A DNA stretch of 61,472 nt, filler included, from Choristocarpus tenellus KU-1152 (GCA_964200185.2; 13 parts of 13 records of this genome joined end to end with filler, not necessarily neighbours in it), one strand, 5' to 3'. Positions 12,213 to 26,751 are shown, counted from the first letter of the whole stretch. Program-made: numbers and translations. Notes: generated from the letters alone by a model not told the origin.

Positions 12213-13779
12213 CTGTTGTTGGGGGGACTGACCACCACACTCCAACCGTTCTGTTTCGCCCCCACAATGTTTGGTCAAATAAAGTGGTTCGCTCCGTCCT
12301 CTCCTCCTTCCTTCCCTCCTTCCTTCCCTCCTTCCTTCCCTCCTTCTCAACTTTATTTGTTATTGAATCAAAATCATGTCGTAGTTGAAGTCGTCCAAGT
12401 CCACTCACATCACATAACATCGGTATTTGTTGGTTGTAAGGATTGAATATTGATTTCCATGTCATGTATTAAGTAATGATACATATTCTCAAATATTTGA
12501 ATCGAAATTGGGATACACTTACACACAATAAAAACATACTATGGTAAGAACTTTCTCGAACTATTCTGATAGTTCTTGTATAGGGGAGAGTGGAGCTAAT
12601 CTTTGGAGGTTAGACAATGATTGGACAAGGTTGATTTCAAGTACGATAAAGAGAGATCAACGTTCTCACATATTTGTTTTTAAAGTGTTCTAGGGTTTTG
12701 CTCGTCCACCAAAATACGTACAGAAGGATGAAAAGGAGGTAGGTGCTTTCCCCTAGCACATTCCTCATCAACATTGTTGTTGAATCTACCAAAAAAGAAC
12801 CAAACAACGACTTCGAGGCCGGAAAAGAATCAATAAAGGGGGGGGGATCCACACCTTGGGAGGCGTCTGAAACATATCATACACCAAACTTTGGACGACC
12901 TTTTGGCGGGACTGGGTCTATCATTTTCTAACTTGTCCAGACAATGTCTACTTGGTATTTTACCAGTCCATATCCGCCGGGCAGACACGGTCTAACATTC
13001 TCTCACATATTCGCATCATCCACGTCACTTCGGAACTTCTATTTTGTTGTTGTTGCCATCTCTGTTCTTCCTTTTATATGAACAAGACCAGNNNNNNNNN
13101 NNNNNNNNNNNNNNNNNNNNNNNNNNNNNNNNNNNTTAATTAATTAANNNNNNNNNNNNNNNNNNNNNNNNNNNNNNNNNNNNNNNNNNNNAAGGCGTTG
13201 GTGTTAACATACTACATATTTCCCCCCCCCCCCCTCCCCTACAGAAAGATATGCATCTTTGCTTGTGGGCTGGGGCTTACGCTTATGGCCACAGAGCCTC
13301 TTAACAGGACTCTCACATGTGCTGGTGTGAAATAGACATCTCCTTATGGCCTGTGCCATGAGAAAAACTGGGAGCGGCGATTAATTTCCTAGTTCGGGGG
13401 GGGGTACCCTAACCCTAACCCTAACCCTATGTATGCTTGCAAGGCCAACAGGTCGAAAAAACCCCTCATCATCAACAGAATCTTTCCTCACGGTGGGGAG
13501 AGATAATCAACAGAAAAATTATCACCCTAGGGTCTGGTCTCTCCATTGAATACATACATACATACATACATTACATTACATTACATTACATTACATTACA
13601 TTACATTACATCCACATCCCTCAACCATGTTAAAGCCGGGTTGATGTCTGCTCTTTGGTTGGAGGAGTCTTGTTTCAAGGCCACTCTAACCCTAACCCTA
13701 ACCCTAACTCCCTCGACAGCAAACGCTACTACTGACTGCAGGCAACGTGGTGGAGGAGGAGATAGGGTTAGGGTCGGGG

Positions 13780-14406
13780 ATGAGTCGGCTCATGTCCCGG
13801 ACAGATGCTGTCTAACCCTAACCCTAACCCTGAATGAGATCGACCGTCTACTCCCTAACCCTAACCCTAATCCCGACCCATGGAAACAGCTACCACACCC
13901 AAAGAACAGCAAAGTTCTGAAAATGACGCTCTTGTATGTTACAAAAAGTGGGGTCTCGGCAGGGTTTGTAGAGTAATGGAAGGCCATGCTAGTTCTGGAT
14001 GGATTTAGACGACACTGCGGAGCGACAGTGGATTTACACCAGAGGTTTTTTATTTTTTACATAATACATATATATATATATATATATATCCTTCCCTCGC
14101 CTACACTGTATATATATACACATAAATACATATATATAGTCTTTGGTGCATGGTTGGTTTGTCCATCCACCTGTACTGGGACTTAACAACAAGTTGGATG
14201 CACAATGGGGCTCGACCAAGGTATCAAGGTATCTACGCCGGAATCTCTGGACATGGTGGAGGGCTTCGGCGATACATTGGGTGGACTACAAAAAAATTGT
14301 ATGTTATTATCCAGGCCCTTCAAAAGAAATGGTGGATGTTATTGGTGGAGTCACAACTGGAGCTGGTCTTGGAACATTGTGGGGGTGGACCCTCAGATAT
14401 ATACAG

Positions 14407-14456
<50 letters not shown>

Positions 14457-14910
14457 GTGTATGTTGGGCAATGAGAGATAGGAAGATGGTCTTGGCACTG
14501 GTGATCGATGTGGATGACATGCTGATGACATGCTGTTGGCAAGCAAAGGGACCAGACCTTTCAAAGAAGGTTAGGTGTGCATGGACTAGACAAAGAAGGT
14601 TCCCAAAAAAGCATCCAGGGGAGGCAGGTCTTTTTAGGGGTTGCTGTATCACCAGGGATCAGGAGCTTGGAGCTGTCTCTTTGGATCAGCAGATGGTGTG
14701 TGTGTGTATTGTATGTGTATTGACTGGTACTAGTGTATTACTAGTATTGGAGAGATAGTAAAGGACGTGTTCGGGATGCCTGCAAACATTACACCCAGAG
14801 TAGTAGAGGAAGGGGCCTAGTGGGACAGGATATGAGTCAATGGTTGGTGGGGTGAATGTGGGCTTCTATCATGACATATCCATAGATTTCAGTTGTGGTG
14901 TGGGCATTGA
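13780..14910 (+). mobile_element. Highly decayed Ty1/Copia reverse transcriptase remnant, interrupted by microsatellites and telomeric tracts
   Basis: Collinear motifs WKQLPHPKNSKVL...VE*WKAMLVLDGFRR, LALVIDVDDMLM, FPKKHPGEAGLFRGCCITRDQELGAVSLDQ, YESMVGG..MWASIMTYP. Confidence 0.7.
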
Positions 14911-15928
14911 CAGTGTGTATTGATTGATAGTGTGTATTGATTGGACGAATGACCCTAACCCTAACACTTTATAACCGAAAGGGGTTAGGATATTTCAGGG
15001 GGTATCAGCGAGCAGAACTGAATAATAATAATGATGATAATAGTAATATTAATAATGACGGAGGTCATATCGTACCATGATACTACCTCCCAGATGTGAT
15101 ACGATTGGTTGAGTAGATGCTGATTGCACCAATTGTCACTAGAAATACTACCTCTTCACTGCCTGGAGGGGGGGTATGTGTGATATCATGGTCTACAATT
15201 GTCTATAATCTTTATAATATTCAGGAGTCTATCTGCCATGTTGTCATGGCATCGACAATTGACAAGAGTGCATGAACCTGAATACAGCAGTCTGAAGTAA
15301 ATTGACCAAGGAAGTCATCCGTCTGAAGGGAATACAGCAGTCACTTCCAGAACAAGACATACAAGAGTCGGTTTGAATTTGAATTTGAATTTGAAAGACC
15401 AACGAGAGGTGGTAGAACCAAAAAGGCACAGAACACATGCAACATTTTTTTTTTTAGACAGTTGGACAGGGAAGGGACCCTCCTCAAGAGTAAGAATAGG
15501 GTAAGAACAGAGTAAGAATAGAGTAAGAACTGGACCCTAGGGTTAGGGCAGAGCAACCCTACCTTGGACAGCTGGCTCTCTCTGCTCTCAACAGCCGTCT
15601 ACTAGGGAACACCTACTGTTAACAATAAATATAATTCAAAAACAATAGCTTTACCTCACGCATCGATCCACTTTAGGGTTAGGGTTAGGGTTAGACTACA
15701 TGGAATTGGGTTCTCCATCTCTTAAGGGGTTGCAAGATCGTATCAGATACCAACACAAAAGCTAGCACATTGTAACTATAGACTAAAATCACAGTAGAAA
15801 ACAGCAATTCAATAACACTTTCAGTAACACTTTTCTGTAACAGTAACAGTAACCATGCCACCACACCCTTATTACCACCAGAGCATATACTGGGGGAAAA
15901 TAATAATAATAATAATAAAAATATAATA

Positions 15929-15960
<32 letters not shown>

Positions 15961-16232
15961 ATAATAATAATAATACACTACTACAAATAATAATACTCTG
16001 TAAAATAAAAAACAACCAAACCAAAAATAAACTAAAAATAAAATTTAGTGACCACCTTCACCTGAAAAAAAAAAAGGTCCAACACAATCATTCACAACCT
16101 TTTTCCATAGTCATAGTCATATTCATATTCATAGTCAGATACAAGTGTACTTAACTCCTTAACAACTCCTCACGACACCAATTTTAACTCTTTAACAACC
16201 TGCAGGGACCACAACAAGACTCAATTTCTCCT

Positions 16233-16342
16233 CAAAAAGAGGTATAGAGGTGTTCAGAACCCCCCTTTTCCCCCTAACCCTAACCCTAACCCAAAAGAGG
16301 TATAGAGGTGTTCAGAACCCCCCCTTTTTCCCTAACCCTAAC
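16233..16342 (+). repeat. About 60-bp tandem unit (x2) containing CCCTAA hexamers, running into the contig end
   Basis: CAAAAGAGGTATAGAGGTGTTCAGAACCCCCC..TTTTCCCTAACCCTAAC occurs twice. Confidence 0.8.
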
Positions 16343-16514
16343 NNNNNNNNNNNNNNNNNNNNNNNNNNNNNNNNNNNNNNNNNNNNTTAATTAATTAANN
16401 NNNNNNNNNNNNNNNNNNNNNNNNNNNNNNNNNNNNNNNNNNCGTTAAGAGGCGGGGGTCTACCCCTGATCCTGCTTCTAATTAAAACAGAAACATGTCT
16501 TTCCTTTCTCGCAG

Positions 16515-19500
16515 GAGGCCTCGAAGCGTACAAAGACATTGCACTCAGGGTTCTTTGCCAACTCTGGTGAGGTGGAGACACTAGGCCCTGCCCCACCCCC
16601 CGCTGGAGCCAGGGGTGGGAGTGGGGGTGGACGGAATGGTGCGAATGACCTGGTCACTGGTCGTGCGGGCACCAAAAAGAAGGTGGAAACATGCTGGGGA
16701 AGAAGAGGGGGCGATCTGGGTGGGGGGGGGGGTCTACAGCGAACGTGAAAGTTGTTGTGCTCTTTGGTTGATTGTCTACTATTGTTCTTTTTGATTGGAG
16801 CTGATTCCATGCCACTACACGCAGGTCTATTACATGAAAAGTACACAAGCACACACAAGAAACCGATTTATCATTCCTTTAGGTCAATCCTCGACACCCA
16901 ACCCTCTCCCTCTGCACTCGATTGACCCCACTCAGTGCACCTCTGTGTAAATCTTATCTATGCAAGGCTTGCGCTTGAACTCACCTGTTACAAATGTCAA
17001 ATTCTCCGCCTGCTCTGCCTCAAACACCCTATTTCGTGCATTACGCTTATTCCTATCTGGTGATAACCCCGGGCATTCTCCCTGTGGAATCTTGCCTCTT
17101 GGCTCTTTCGGGAATGTATCCTCTGGTCAGGGCACGAACAAGACTGCCGTGGCTGCCAAGGTGGCACCAGGAGTTGGAGGGGCAGTGGGTACGAAAGGAG
17201 TAGGTGCAACAACTACTACTGATGTTGGAAGGGCAGGGGTTAAGAAGAAGCGGAAATCTTCTGATGCAAAAAAGGTCAGTGAATTAAAGAAGTTCATTCC
17301 GTCCTCCTCAGCCTCCACCACTACCTCTGCCCCTGCTCACCAGAAGTCAAATGGGGAGACCAAAAAGCCTTCCGGACCGAAGACAAAGGGAGGAGGGGCC
17401 AAGGTCTCCAAAGCAAGCGCAATGGGGGCAGGAGTAAGGGGAGGGGCAGTGACTGGAGCTGGAGCATCGATGGGCAAAGACGTTTCATCCCCTGGAACTG
17501 CAGCTCCTGCTGTTACTGGGATCTCGAAGTCTCCTATTATCGGTGGCCCTGCTCTGGATCCCTTACTTGTCGCTGCTGTTGAGAAGAAGGTTGAGTCTGG
17601 AGCGAAGGGGATGACAGGTGGGGCAGTGCAAAAGACTCCAGGAGATGTCATGAGGAATTCTGAAGGGAGCCCCAATACTCATGAACAGAAGGGAGTTAAG
17701 GCCACATTGGGACGGGCAGCGGGCAAACTTGGTGGTGAATGTGGTCCTGGTGGTGTTGATAGTGTGGTCAGCGGTGATGGCGGCAGAGAGAGTGTGAGCG
17801 GCAGTAATGGAGAGGCATTTCAAGACGGCCAGGGCAAAGCTGTCAATGGGGATGTGTTTGATGACAGGAGGGGACAGGAAGGGGGGAAAGAGGGGAAGTC
17901 TGCCGAAATGGTGAGGAACCTAACTGGCGATGTGACGGTCACTGCATCTGGGGCCAGGGCTGAAGTTGGGACTTCGGCTACAAATGCAACTGAAGGCACT
18001 GTGAGATTTAAGAACGGGGCAGGGGGCAATGAAGATAGTAAAGTTGGGGTTGAGGCGGCGGCCGGAGGGACTCGGGGAAAAAAAGGTGTTTCCCTGATTG
18101 AGGAGTGGGAAGCTGGGGCAACTGCAGAGGAAGCTCTGAGCCGATTTGAGCATGGTAGGTATCTATGCAACCATGTCACACCATCTATGTTGTCATTTAT
18201 AACTGGCCTTGGATCACTGCAAATGTGGAGACTTTCACTTCGCAGAGTTCCGGAGATGATAAAGCATGCAGATAATCCACACTTTTAATGCTTCCTGTCG
18301 TCCCCCATCTCGTCTTACTTCTCCATCTTAAACCTCCAAAACTTTCCATCCTCCCTCGTGCCTGCCATTTCCCCCCCTGGTCCCTCCAGTACCTTCCCAC
18401 TCCTCCTTTGTAGGTTGCCCTACTCCCTTCAATCCTGCTCACACTGTTCCCATTGTCACCTCGAATTCTCCCCCTCGCCCCCCTGAGAATGAAATCCCAG
18501 CTATGAACACCTTTTACTTTTGCGTCTTGAGGTTAGGGTTAGGTTTAGGGTTAGGGTTTCCCTGGCACTGTGACTCCCTCCCTACACACCTGTCCGGTGC
18601 CTGCACATCCTTCCCCTATTAGCACCACGCTGTCACCACACTGTTCTGGCAACTGTAAATTTTAAATTATAGGTTTTTTCACAATATCAATATGTATGCC
18701 GGTACCCGTGCAAACTTCAGATCATGGCGTGTGGGTCAGTGCTGGGAGGCCAATGCCAGCCTGTAAGCGGTTGCCAGGATCGCTGGAAGATGACAAGACC
18801 TGTTGGGTGCTAGAACCTCGACTCCGCCACACTGATGCCCTAGTTCGTGCCTCCCAACCTGATGCGCTGGATGCTCTTCCATATCTAAGACGCCTTGGAA
18901 ATATCTTGGGTCAATCTCCGGAGGATGTTCGGGTGAGTTGAGGCCGGGTGAAGCAACTGTGACGAGGACAGGGAGAGAGATTGATTGGGATTAGGATATT
19001 GTATGTGAGAATGGGCTATGTGCAGAATGCGTAAGGATGTGGTCGAGTGTGTTCTGCAGTGCTTCAGGGCGTTCTTGTACTCTAGAGAGTGATTTAAGTG
19101 TGTGTTTTGGTCATGTTTATATGGTTTATGTCACATATTGCAGGTGTGAGTAAGCTAATTGTTCGATTGTTGATTGGAGAGAATCAACCAAGAGTGCTAA
19201 ACCTGGCACTACTGAAGTGCATGAGCTTGGAAAAACCTACCCCTGTTTTTTCTGTCTGTCTGGCTCACGATCTTCTTACTTCTCTTGTTTTGTTTACAAC
19301 CATAGTCCTCCTTGGCAGCGCTGGAGCATCAAGAGCTCAGGGAAGAGGCCTCAGCAAAGCACATTGTGTCAGACCTCAAGCATGCAAACTTTATGTCTGA
19401 GGTCAGTAATGCCCTGCCTACGATAGTACCACGAAGTCCAGACCAAGATGGCTCACGCCATCTTTTGTGTATGTGTGTAGATGTGTATGCATTTAAAGTA

Positions 19501-20013
19501 TGTGCTTGTCGTAGTGGGTTGCAGTGGCTGACTCTTTTGACACTGGCTCTTTTAACTCACACTAGGATACCTCTCTCTCTCTAGCCTCTTCTACTTCCAA
19601 GTTATCTGATGTAAGATTTTTCCATTTTGGTTAGGAGGGAGTGTAGCTGCACAAGGGCAAGGGTGGGGAGGCATAAGATGTATGCAGGTCTCATCTAGTC
19701 TGTACATACAGTCTATATATATATATAGCACGGTTGTGGATATTGCAACATGTGTAGTGCATGCTGTTGACACATTATACACACACTCTACTCAAAGCAC
19801 CTCTCATTTGAAAATCATGTTGAGGACGCCACAGCTGGAAGCACGTTTGGAGGTCCAAAGAGACAGCGGGCGGCCCTTTCAGTGGGATATAGAGCTCCGG
19901 AAGGCGATGCATGACCGGATCAAGGCGTTCATTTCGTGGAACAGTGCTGAACTCAGTGCTCCACGGTGAGGATTATCCAACCACGTGAATGGTTGACTGT
20001 TCACCTCACCCCA

Positions 20014-20044
<31 letters not shown>

Positions 20045-23000
20045 ATCTCTCTCTTGTCAACTGGTTCTCCCTTTCCTTCCGAGTGCATTTTTGAGCATGA
20101 ACTGTTGTTTTTTCTGCGCGAGCATCTGGCATTAGTTTGTTAGGGCCGGGGCATCCAGTATGAATTGTTCTTAGGTCCGAGAGATCGCAAGTGTTAATGC
20201 AGGGGCGATGATCAAGGCAGAGGTTTTGTGGTGTAGATCACAATCCTGGAGTTTTATTGTAGGTAGGAGTACAGGGTCGCATCTTCTTTTTTTTTAATGT
20301 AACAGGTCCAGATTGAGATCTTCAGGTTCCTGTGCGGTCTGCGTCATACTTTTCAGTATGGGGTTGATTGTTATTTTGAGTCCACTTACCCATAATCACG
20401 CCTTTCGTTGTTCAAGGCCTCACAGGTCGATGCTTTGTTTGGACAATTCCAAAGATCTGCAAGGTGTTCCCTCCGCAGAGCTCTCCCTGGGAAGCGTGGT
20501 TGAGAAGTCGAAAGTCCATTATGCCAACATAGCACTATTTTAAAAATACATACATATGCTCCCTATGTGAAGATGTTCAGGTACCAGTTCACTGCATAGG
20601 TCTTGCATGGGCTGTTGCCCCAGTGGCACAACGGTGTCTCATATGCATCGACAAAAATCAGAGGCCAGGGCACCGCCCAACCTTTTCCCCGTGGGCCATG
20701 ACCCCACTAGTCCCACTTGTACGCCACGAACAGTCATCTCCATTTTTTTTTTTAGCCTGTCTCGTGGGCTCCCTCTCTTGTTCCATATTGTTCCCGCCTC
20801 ATGAAGAGAATTGGGAAAAGCGGTCTAATTGAGGTGTGAACCGGGGACTTTTAGTTTTGAGACCTTGAGACACCGCTGGACTGGTCCTGCACAAGAATGT
20901 GGTGGAGTGGTATATCAGTACCTTGGCAAACGCCCTCTTGTTGTACCTAGAGTCCTACACAGTGGAAACGTGCCTGTTTTACCTCCGTAAACTTGACTTG
21001 AGCGACCCTTGTATGGTGTTTGTGTTTGTGTCAGGGCTGTTTGTTGTATGTAGGCAGTTTGTGAATGCCTTGCCGCTAAGTCCGACCACCTGAAACCGGC
21101 TCTCTTGATGCCTCAACACTATTTTTGTGCTTGGGGCATGATGTTGTTGATTCCTTTCCGTCTACAGCCCAAAGGGGAGCAAGGAGGCTGCACCTGTGGG
21201 GAAAAGCAAGGGGCTGAAGGATTGCTATAACCAGGTATCATAGAAGGTTACCCTCTGAGTACGTTGTGCGAGGGCGAGATTGGGAACACCTTCCTCGGAG
21301 GAGCTTGCCATGTGCTTTTGAAGTACGATACCTCTGTGTACATGCATACAAGCAGTGAAAAGTCAACCACTACCGTGGTTTGTCCAGAAGATGGAAACTT
21401 TTGTGCTTACGCTTGCTTCTTACCAAATTCATACAAAGAAATCATTTGTTTGTTTTTTGTGAGCGCATCTATGCGCACGCCTTTTATCTAGTGTAATCAG
21501 CTCAACATTTGTTTGGACAGTAATTTTTTTTTTCACTGTCAACAGCGTACATGCAACAAGAACCCTCAGCACAAATTTGGCGAAAGAAAATTTAGTCTCC
21601 CTGCCACATGGGAACATGCGGGCAGAAGATGTCCGCTAGGGTACTCTTGTGCCCATCGCCACTTCTAGTAAGATATGTGAGGGTCTTGAGACACTAGAAT
21701 AGCTACACCAAAGTTTCTGATTTCTCCACATAAATGTTAAACTGAGCAAGGATGTCCCAGAGCAATCCCCCCTATGACACAAGGGGCCATGCATAATTCT
21801 GTGCAAGGTACGACACTTTGACTATTGATCATTATTTTTCATGCCTTGAACATGATTCTAATGTGAGTTCTTGCTGAATGAACATCAACTTACATATACC
21901 CCCACCCCCACCCGAAATTGTCCTTGCCCCTTAGCCACTTAGCCCCAACCTATAACCCCACATCTCACCTTCACTCATCGTGTCTCGTGCTGTAATCCGC
22001 TCAATACCATCCCCCGTCTTTGTCACCTTTCTCACTTCACCTCATCCTCATGCGTGAACTGGCTCGTGTCTCCAGCTGGCTGCCGCGTGGCCTCCACACA
22101 TGCCTATGACAGAGCAAGATCTGCGTAAAATGTATCAACTGGAAAAACGTCGCCAACTTGCTAGGGCAAATGGCAGTGGGGCAGGGGTAGGGTGCGCAGG
22201 GACGGGACCAGCAATGAAGGCTGGGGTTGGGGCAACAGGATCCAAGAGTGGACAGGGAACCCAAATATCGATTGCAAAGGATAAGGAGGCAGTAACCACA
22301 GGGTCTGTTGTAGCCCCACCTGCTCATTGCAAGGGTAAGGGAGGGGCAGAGAGTTGTCAGGGGATGGTGTTGTTGTTGAGTCGTGATGCTGGAAGTGTTT
22401 TTGATACGAGTGTGGGGGTGGTAGTGTGGTTAGGGTTTCCACTAATGTGAACCTTAGATGTGAGGGTGGGGCAGGGAGGTCTGCAAGGGCGGAGCTGGGG
22501 ACAGGAAATTTAGATAGGTATGTAAACCTTCCTGTTACTCTTGGTGGTGAAAGCGAGATTTTGATACAGCATAGTGGCACAGGGTTACCCAGGTTCGGTC
22601 TCAAATTGAGGGGGGGAGAGTTTGTCGGGCGGTTTGAGCAATGGATAGAGGCCTGGGGTGTTCCTGTTTGCACCCTTGTAGGTGTTCTTGTGATAATAAT
22701 CACCCAGACATGTATCCACTACTTTTTGTCAATCACTGCAGATATTTTGAACCTTGTTTTTAGAAACAGTTATTTAGTACACCGTACCCCATTCAACGTG
22801 ATGCCGATCTCAATGAAGTCAATTAAGGTGACGGAGGTCGCAGGGGAGATTGATGTTGCAGAATGAAGGGGTGAAATATAGTTGCGGTTTGTACAAACAT
22901 ATTTTATTGATGTGAATGCACCCTTTGTACCTTGTTCCCTACCCTGATACTCTTATCATTTTTATCTTGCCACCTTCCGCTCAGCCCTGGCCTCTTTTGT

Positions 23001-23307
23001 CCATGCTGCTCCACTTTGGTCATCCTTTTAAACTCCTGAATCAGGAGCCAAGGAGGGCACCTCTGCTGTGCATTCCAGTAGTGGACCATTGAGTGCAACT
23101 GTGCCTGGTGGTGCCATGGCAACTGCAGAAGCTCCTGTTGGGAGTGGAAAGCAGGGTAAATCCACTGCAGGAGACGAAACCAACATCGACCTTCCCAGAC
23201 GTGGTCGTGAGTTTGGTACCTTCACTTTTGATTCTGCAGACTTTGAGAGAACTGACCTACAAATCTCTGCTGAGGATGAGGAGTTACAAATAGAGGGATC
23301 AGGTTGA
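16515..23307 (+). CDS. UBN1: Ubinuclein / HPC2 (HIRA histone H3.3 chaperone complex subunit), 5'-truncated; exons 16515-16682, 17131-18154, 18721-18932, 19306-19401, 19835-19965, 21168-21234, 22076-22334, 23045-23307
   Basis: End of HRD/HUN motif TKTLHSGFFANSGEVE; middle-domain-like FQWDIELRKAMHDRI...LKDCYNQLAAAWPPHMPMTEQDLRKMYQLEKRR; all seven GT-AG junctions are phase-consistent through to the TGA at 23307. Confidence 0.8.
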
Positions 23308-23669
23308 AGGCAAGAGACCTTGAATGTGATACGTGAGCACTTGTGTGTGTAGTTGCCCTCCTGGCATAGCATCAGATAAACATGAAAGTGTCTTAATAGT
23401 GCGGTATAGGGGATGTGGTACGGGAATTTTCGCGATGATGAAAGGATGGGTCTACCTCGGGGAAGGGTGGTGGCAGCTGCTTCAGAAGGGTTGAATGATT
23501 GGACTTAGACTGGGCAAGAACAGTAGTTGTTTGATTGGTTTGGTGTTGTGGATAGAGGAATGAAGCGCAGGACATGTGCTTTGCTTGGTTGTCTGGTTAT
23601 GGAGGTGCAAGAGGAAGAGAGAGAGGGAGAGGGAGAGTAAGCACAGTATTGTGGCGATAGGGACAGAGG

Positions 23670-23704
<35 letters not shown>

Positions 23705-26700
23705 CCTTTTTCCGCCAATGACTGCTTGGTGTGTGATGGCCCACACATCAAGTATGTTTTAGTTTGGGGAAATGGCTGTGTTTTTATTGTTTCTGGTCTC
23801 ATTAATAAAGTACTACATTTGTAGTACTTTAGGGGCGATGGAGAACCAAGCATTACAGTAGAATGTTTTAGTTAAATGGAAACATGCCCTGTTGAGGGTT
23901 CAAGTTGCGCTTGAGTTACTGCCTTAGTGTTTCATTAGGGAATAAGTATCATGTCAGACCTGCGTCACATTTTCTGTACACAGATATCTACTGTCTGGAA
24001 TGACATGTGGATACAGCTGAGTCTGTCGATACTTTCTTCCGTGCAGTACAATGCAGAGCAGAAGCACTATTTTAAGCAAACCGAAATAGATTTATGGCAA
24101 CTTGTGGCTTAGCTGCATGCAAATGGAGGATGAACCGAAGTAGCACATTGCTCGGTTTGAAGTATAGTATTGGCGGGTCTTGCACATGGGACTAACTTGG
24201 TTGTTGCTCAATCATGAGTATATCTCTTCGAGAGTAGTGATGCATGGTAATTTGGAGTGTTGTATGATTTTTTAGAGCTCTAGTTGGTCGAGAATTAAAA
24301 AATACTAAGTACTGAGTACTTTATGCTATGTTTTATTTTATTAGTTACTATGTCAAAGAGATCACCTTCATATTTTGGTTTGGTATCTGTCAGTACCACT
24401 GAAAAGAAAGTGAGCAGTGAAATACTTGCCTTGGCACTAATTCAATGTGCCTTGACTGATCTCTGCTGACCACCATGCCGTTCTCATGATTGAAAATGAT
24501 GTGAAGATACAGTTAGTCCAAACTCTTTATAGAGTTTAGTCAGGGATAATGAAGACTTGCTGCATGCTTGCTTGATAAAATTAGCATCGCAAAAAACTGC
24601 TATACAAAAAGTAGAAGCCTGATGTTATTGTGTCGTTCCTTATCAAGGGAGCTTGTTGTTTCAAGCAGATTTGATTATTATAATGGTTTCTGTGTTGGCA
24701 GACTAGAGCAAATGCTATTGGTGATGTGCCCCAAGTTGTGGTGCCTCACAGTTTTGCTGATCAACTCAACACACCTACACAATAGTAGTTGTCATATGTC
24801 ACACATGTATGAGTTTGTTGAATCGTGTTGTACAGGATCGAGTGTGTGCTTTTCCACAATTGTAATAACAAAGAGTCAAATCACATTCCTTTTTTTGCAT
24901 TACTTGTGCATCTCATTTTTGTGCTGATGTGTTCTCCCAAGGGTCTCTAATGACGGAACAAGTGGATATGTGCATATAAACAGCTTACCATTGCACATAC
25001 TGCCCTTTTCGAAACTGCTGATGTTCAATGGGTCTGCCTTACTATTTCATTGCCTTGTACCTCCAGACAGGGTACAGCAACCCAGTTTTTGTTGACAAAA
25101 GCAGTGAAGTGAATACACTTTTTCTCCTTTCACGTTTTTGATTTGTTATTTCTACATAGAGTTGGTGGATGTGCTCAAGTTGTAGACTTATCGAGCAAAA
25201 GCGACATCATGGATGGGAGCGAAAGTTGCCCAATCGGGTTCTAGCAGGATATTACAATGGAACGTTGAGATGAGGCGATTCTTTCTATTACATCAAACGG
25301 GGAGGGGAATTGGTTCATGAGGCGGAGTAGGTTATTAGCTCATGCAAAACTAGTTGTAGCAAAGGGACGATCATCCTTTGACAGGAATGGACAGGGAGAT
25401 GACCAGTGGTTGAGGAGGACGTGGACTAGAGGAATGGAGCATGTAGGCATGAGAAGAGGTGTCCATGAATAAATTGTACCAACCATTGGGTCACATCGCT
25501 CCCACACTATACATATGGTTTTATATGCTGGACATCACAATTTCAATTTTGCACGATGAAGTGCCATTTCCGAGCCAATGCACAACGGTTCATTCATCAT
25601 ATGGATGTGCTTTAGGAAGGTAAGCATATAGCACAATTGATGAAGCAGTTTTGGCGTAGGTGCAATGAGATCAAGAGAAAAAGGCAATGTATGTTGCATT
25701 GCTCTACTTCGTATTAAATTCGGGAGGGCAGGAGGCATGGATCCAACAGAAACGTATTGTCACATTCTGTTGAAAAAGTGGAGGCAAGAGATGCAAATTC
25801 TCAGTAGGGAGTTGGAGGAGTCAAAATACCCAACATAAAATCCAATGTTTGTGTAGTCGCAAATCCACCACACACACCTCAGAAACCTCATCAGCTACAT
25901 AACACACCTCGATAAATAAGCGTTAAATAATTAATAGCAATATATTCAACACAGCATTTTCCAGACAACAAATAAGTGAATGAATTTTTCCTGACAACTG
26001 ATGTTGTATGGAAAATACCCTTGAGCTTTCACTTTCTCAGCAATGGATGTTACAAAGCAAATGACCCCATGGACATTGTAGAGAGTAAATGATGGACAAA
26101 GATGCTGTACACCAATTGCCTTCTAAATTGGATCTCACTCGTTTCAAAAGATGATACAGACAAGTAGGCTTCAGACCTTATCCTTGATATTATGAAGGTT
26201 GAACGGACAACATAAACACTCCCAAGCATGACGCGGGTGGGTATATTGCCTGGGGTTATGGGAAAATGTGTACCATTACACGCGCATTAATGGATTACTT
26301 CCTGCTTTGCTTGATATTCAGTTCTAGCATACCTAGAGTCATGGTCTTTATGACAATTTACGCCAGACTCCACAGCCCTGGTACATTCGGTGCAACACAT
26401 GTTCGTTTTGATACAGCCTTGCCCAGTGCTGGCAGACTCCTTGCCATCCCTCTTTCTCCCCCTGAGCTGGTTGCCTTGTCTCCCCTCTCACTCTTGCTTG
26501 CTCTCTTGTCTCACTGCAAGGGAGTGGAGCTGTTTATGATGTTGATTGTTCTCGCAATGATAAGAGAGTCCCAGGATCTGGAGCTAACAGCCTCTCACCA
26601 AAATTGAGGATGGAGCATACTATGGAGGATGGGTTTGACCCATACTTGGTGNNNNNNNNNNNNNNNNNNNNNNNNNNNNNNNNNNNNNNNNNNNNTTAAT

Positions 26701-26751
26701 TAATTAANNNNNNNNNNNNNNNNNNNNNNNNNNNNNNNNNNNNNNNNNNNN

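Noticed and set aside
13437-14758. Long ORFs with YIYIYI or TLTLTL runs (also 59138-59525)
   Set aside because: Translations of microsatellites and decayed TE sequence.
16273-16342. True chromosome telomere at the contig end
   Set aside because: CCCTAA on the plus strand is the wrong orientation for a right-hand end, and the tracts are short and interrupted.
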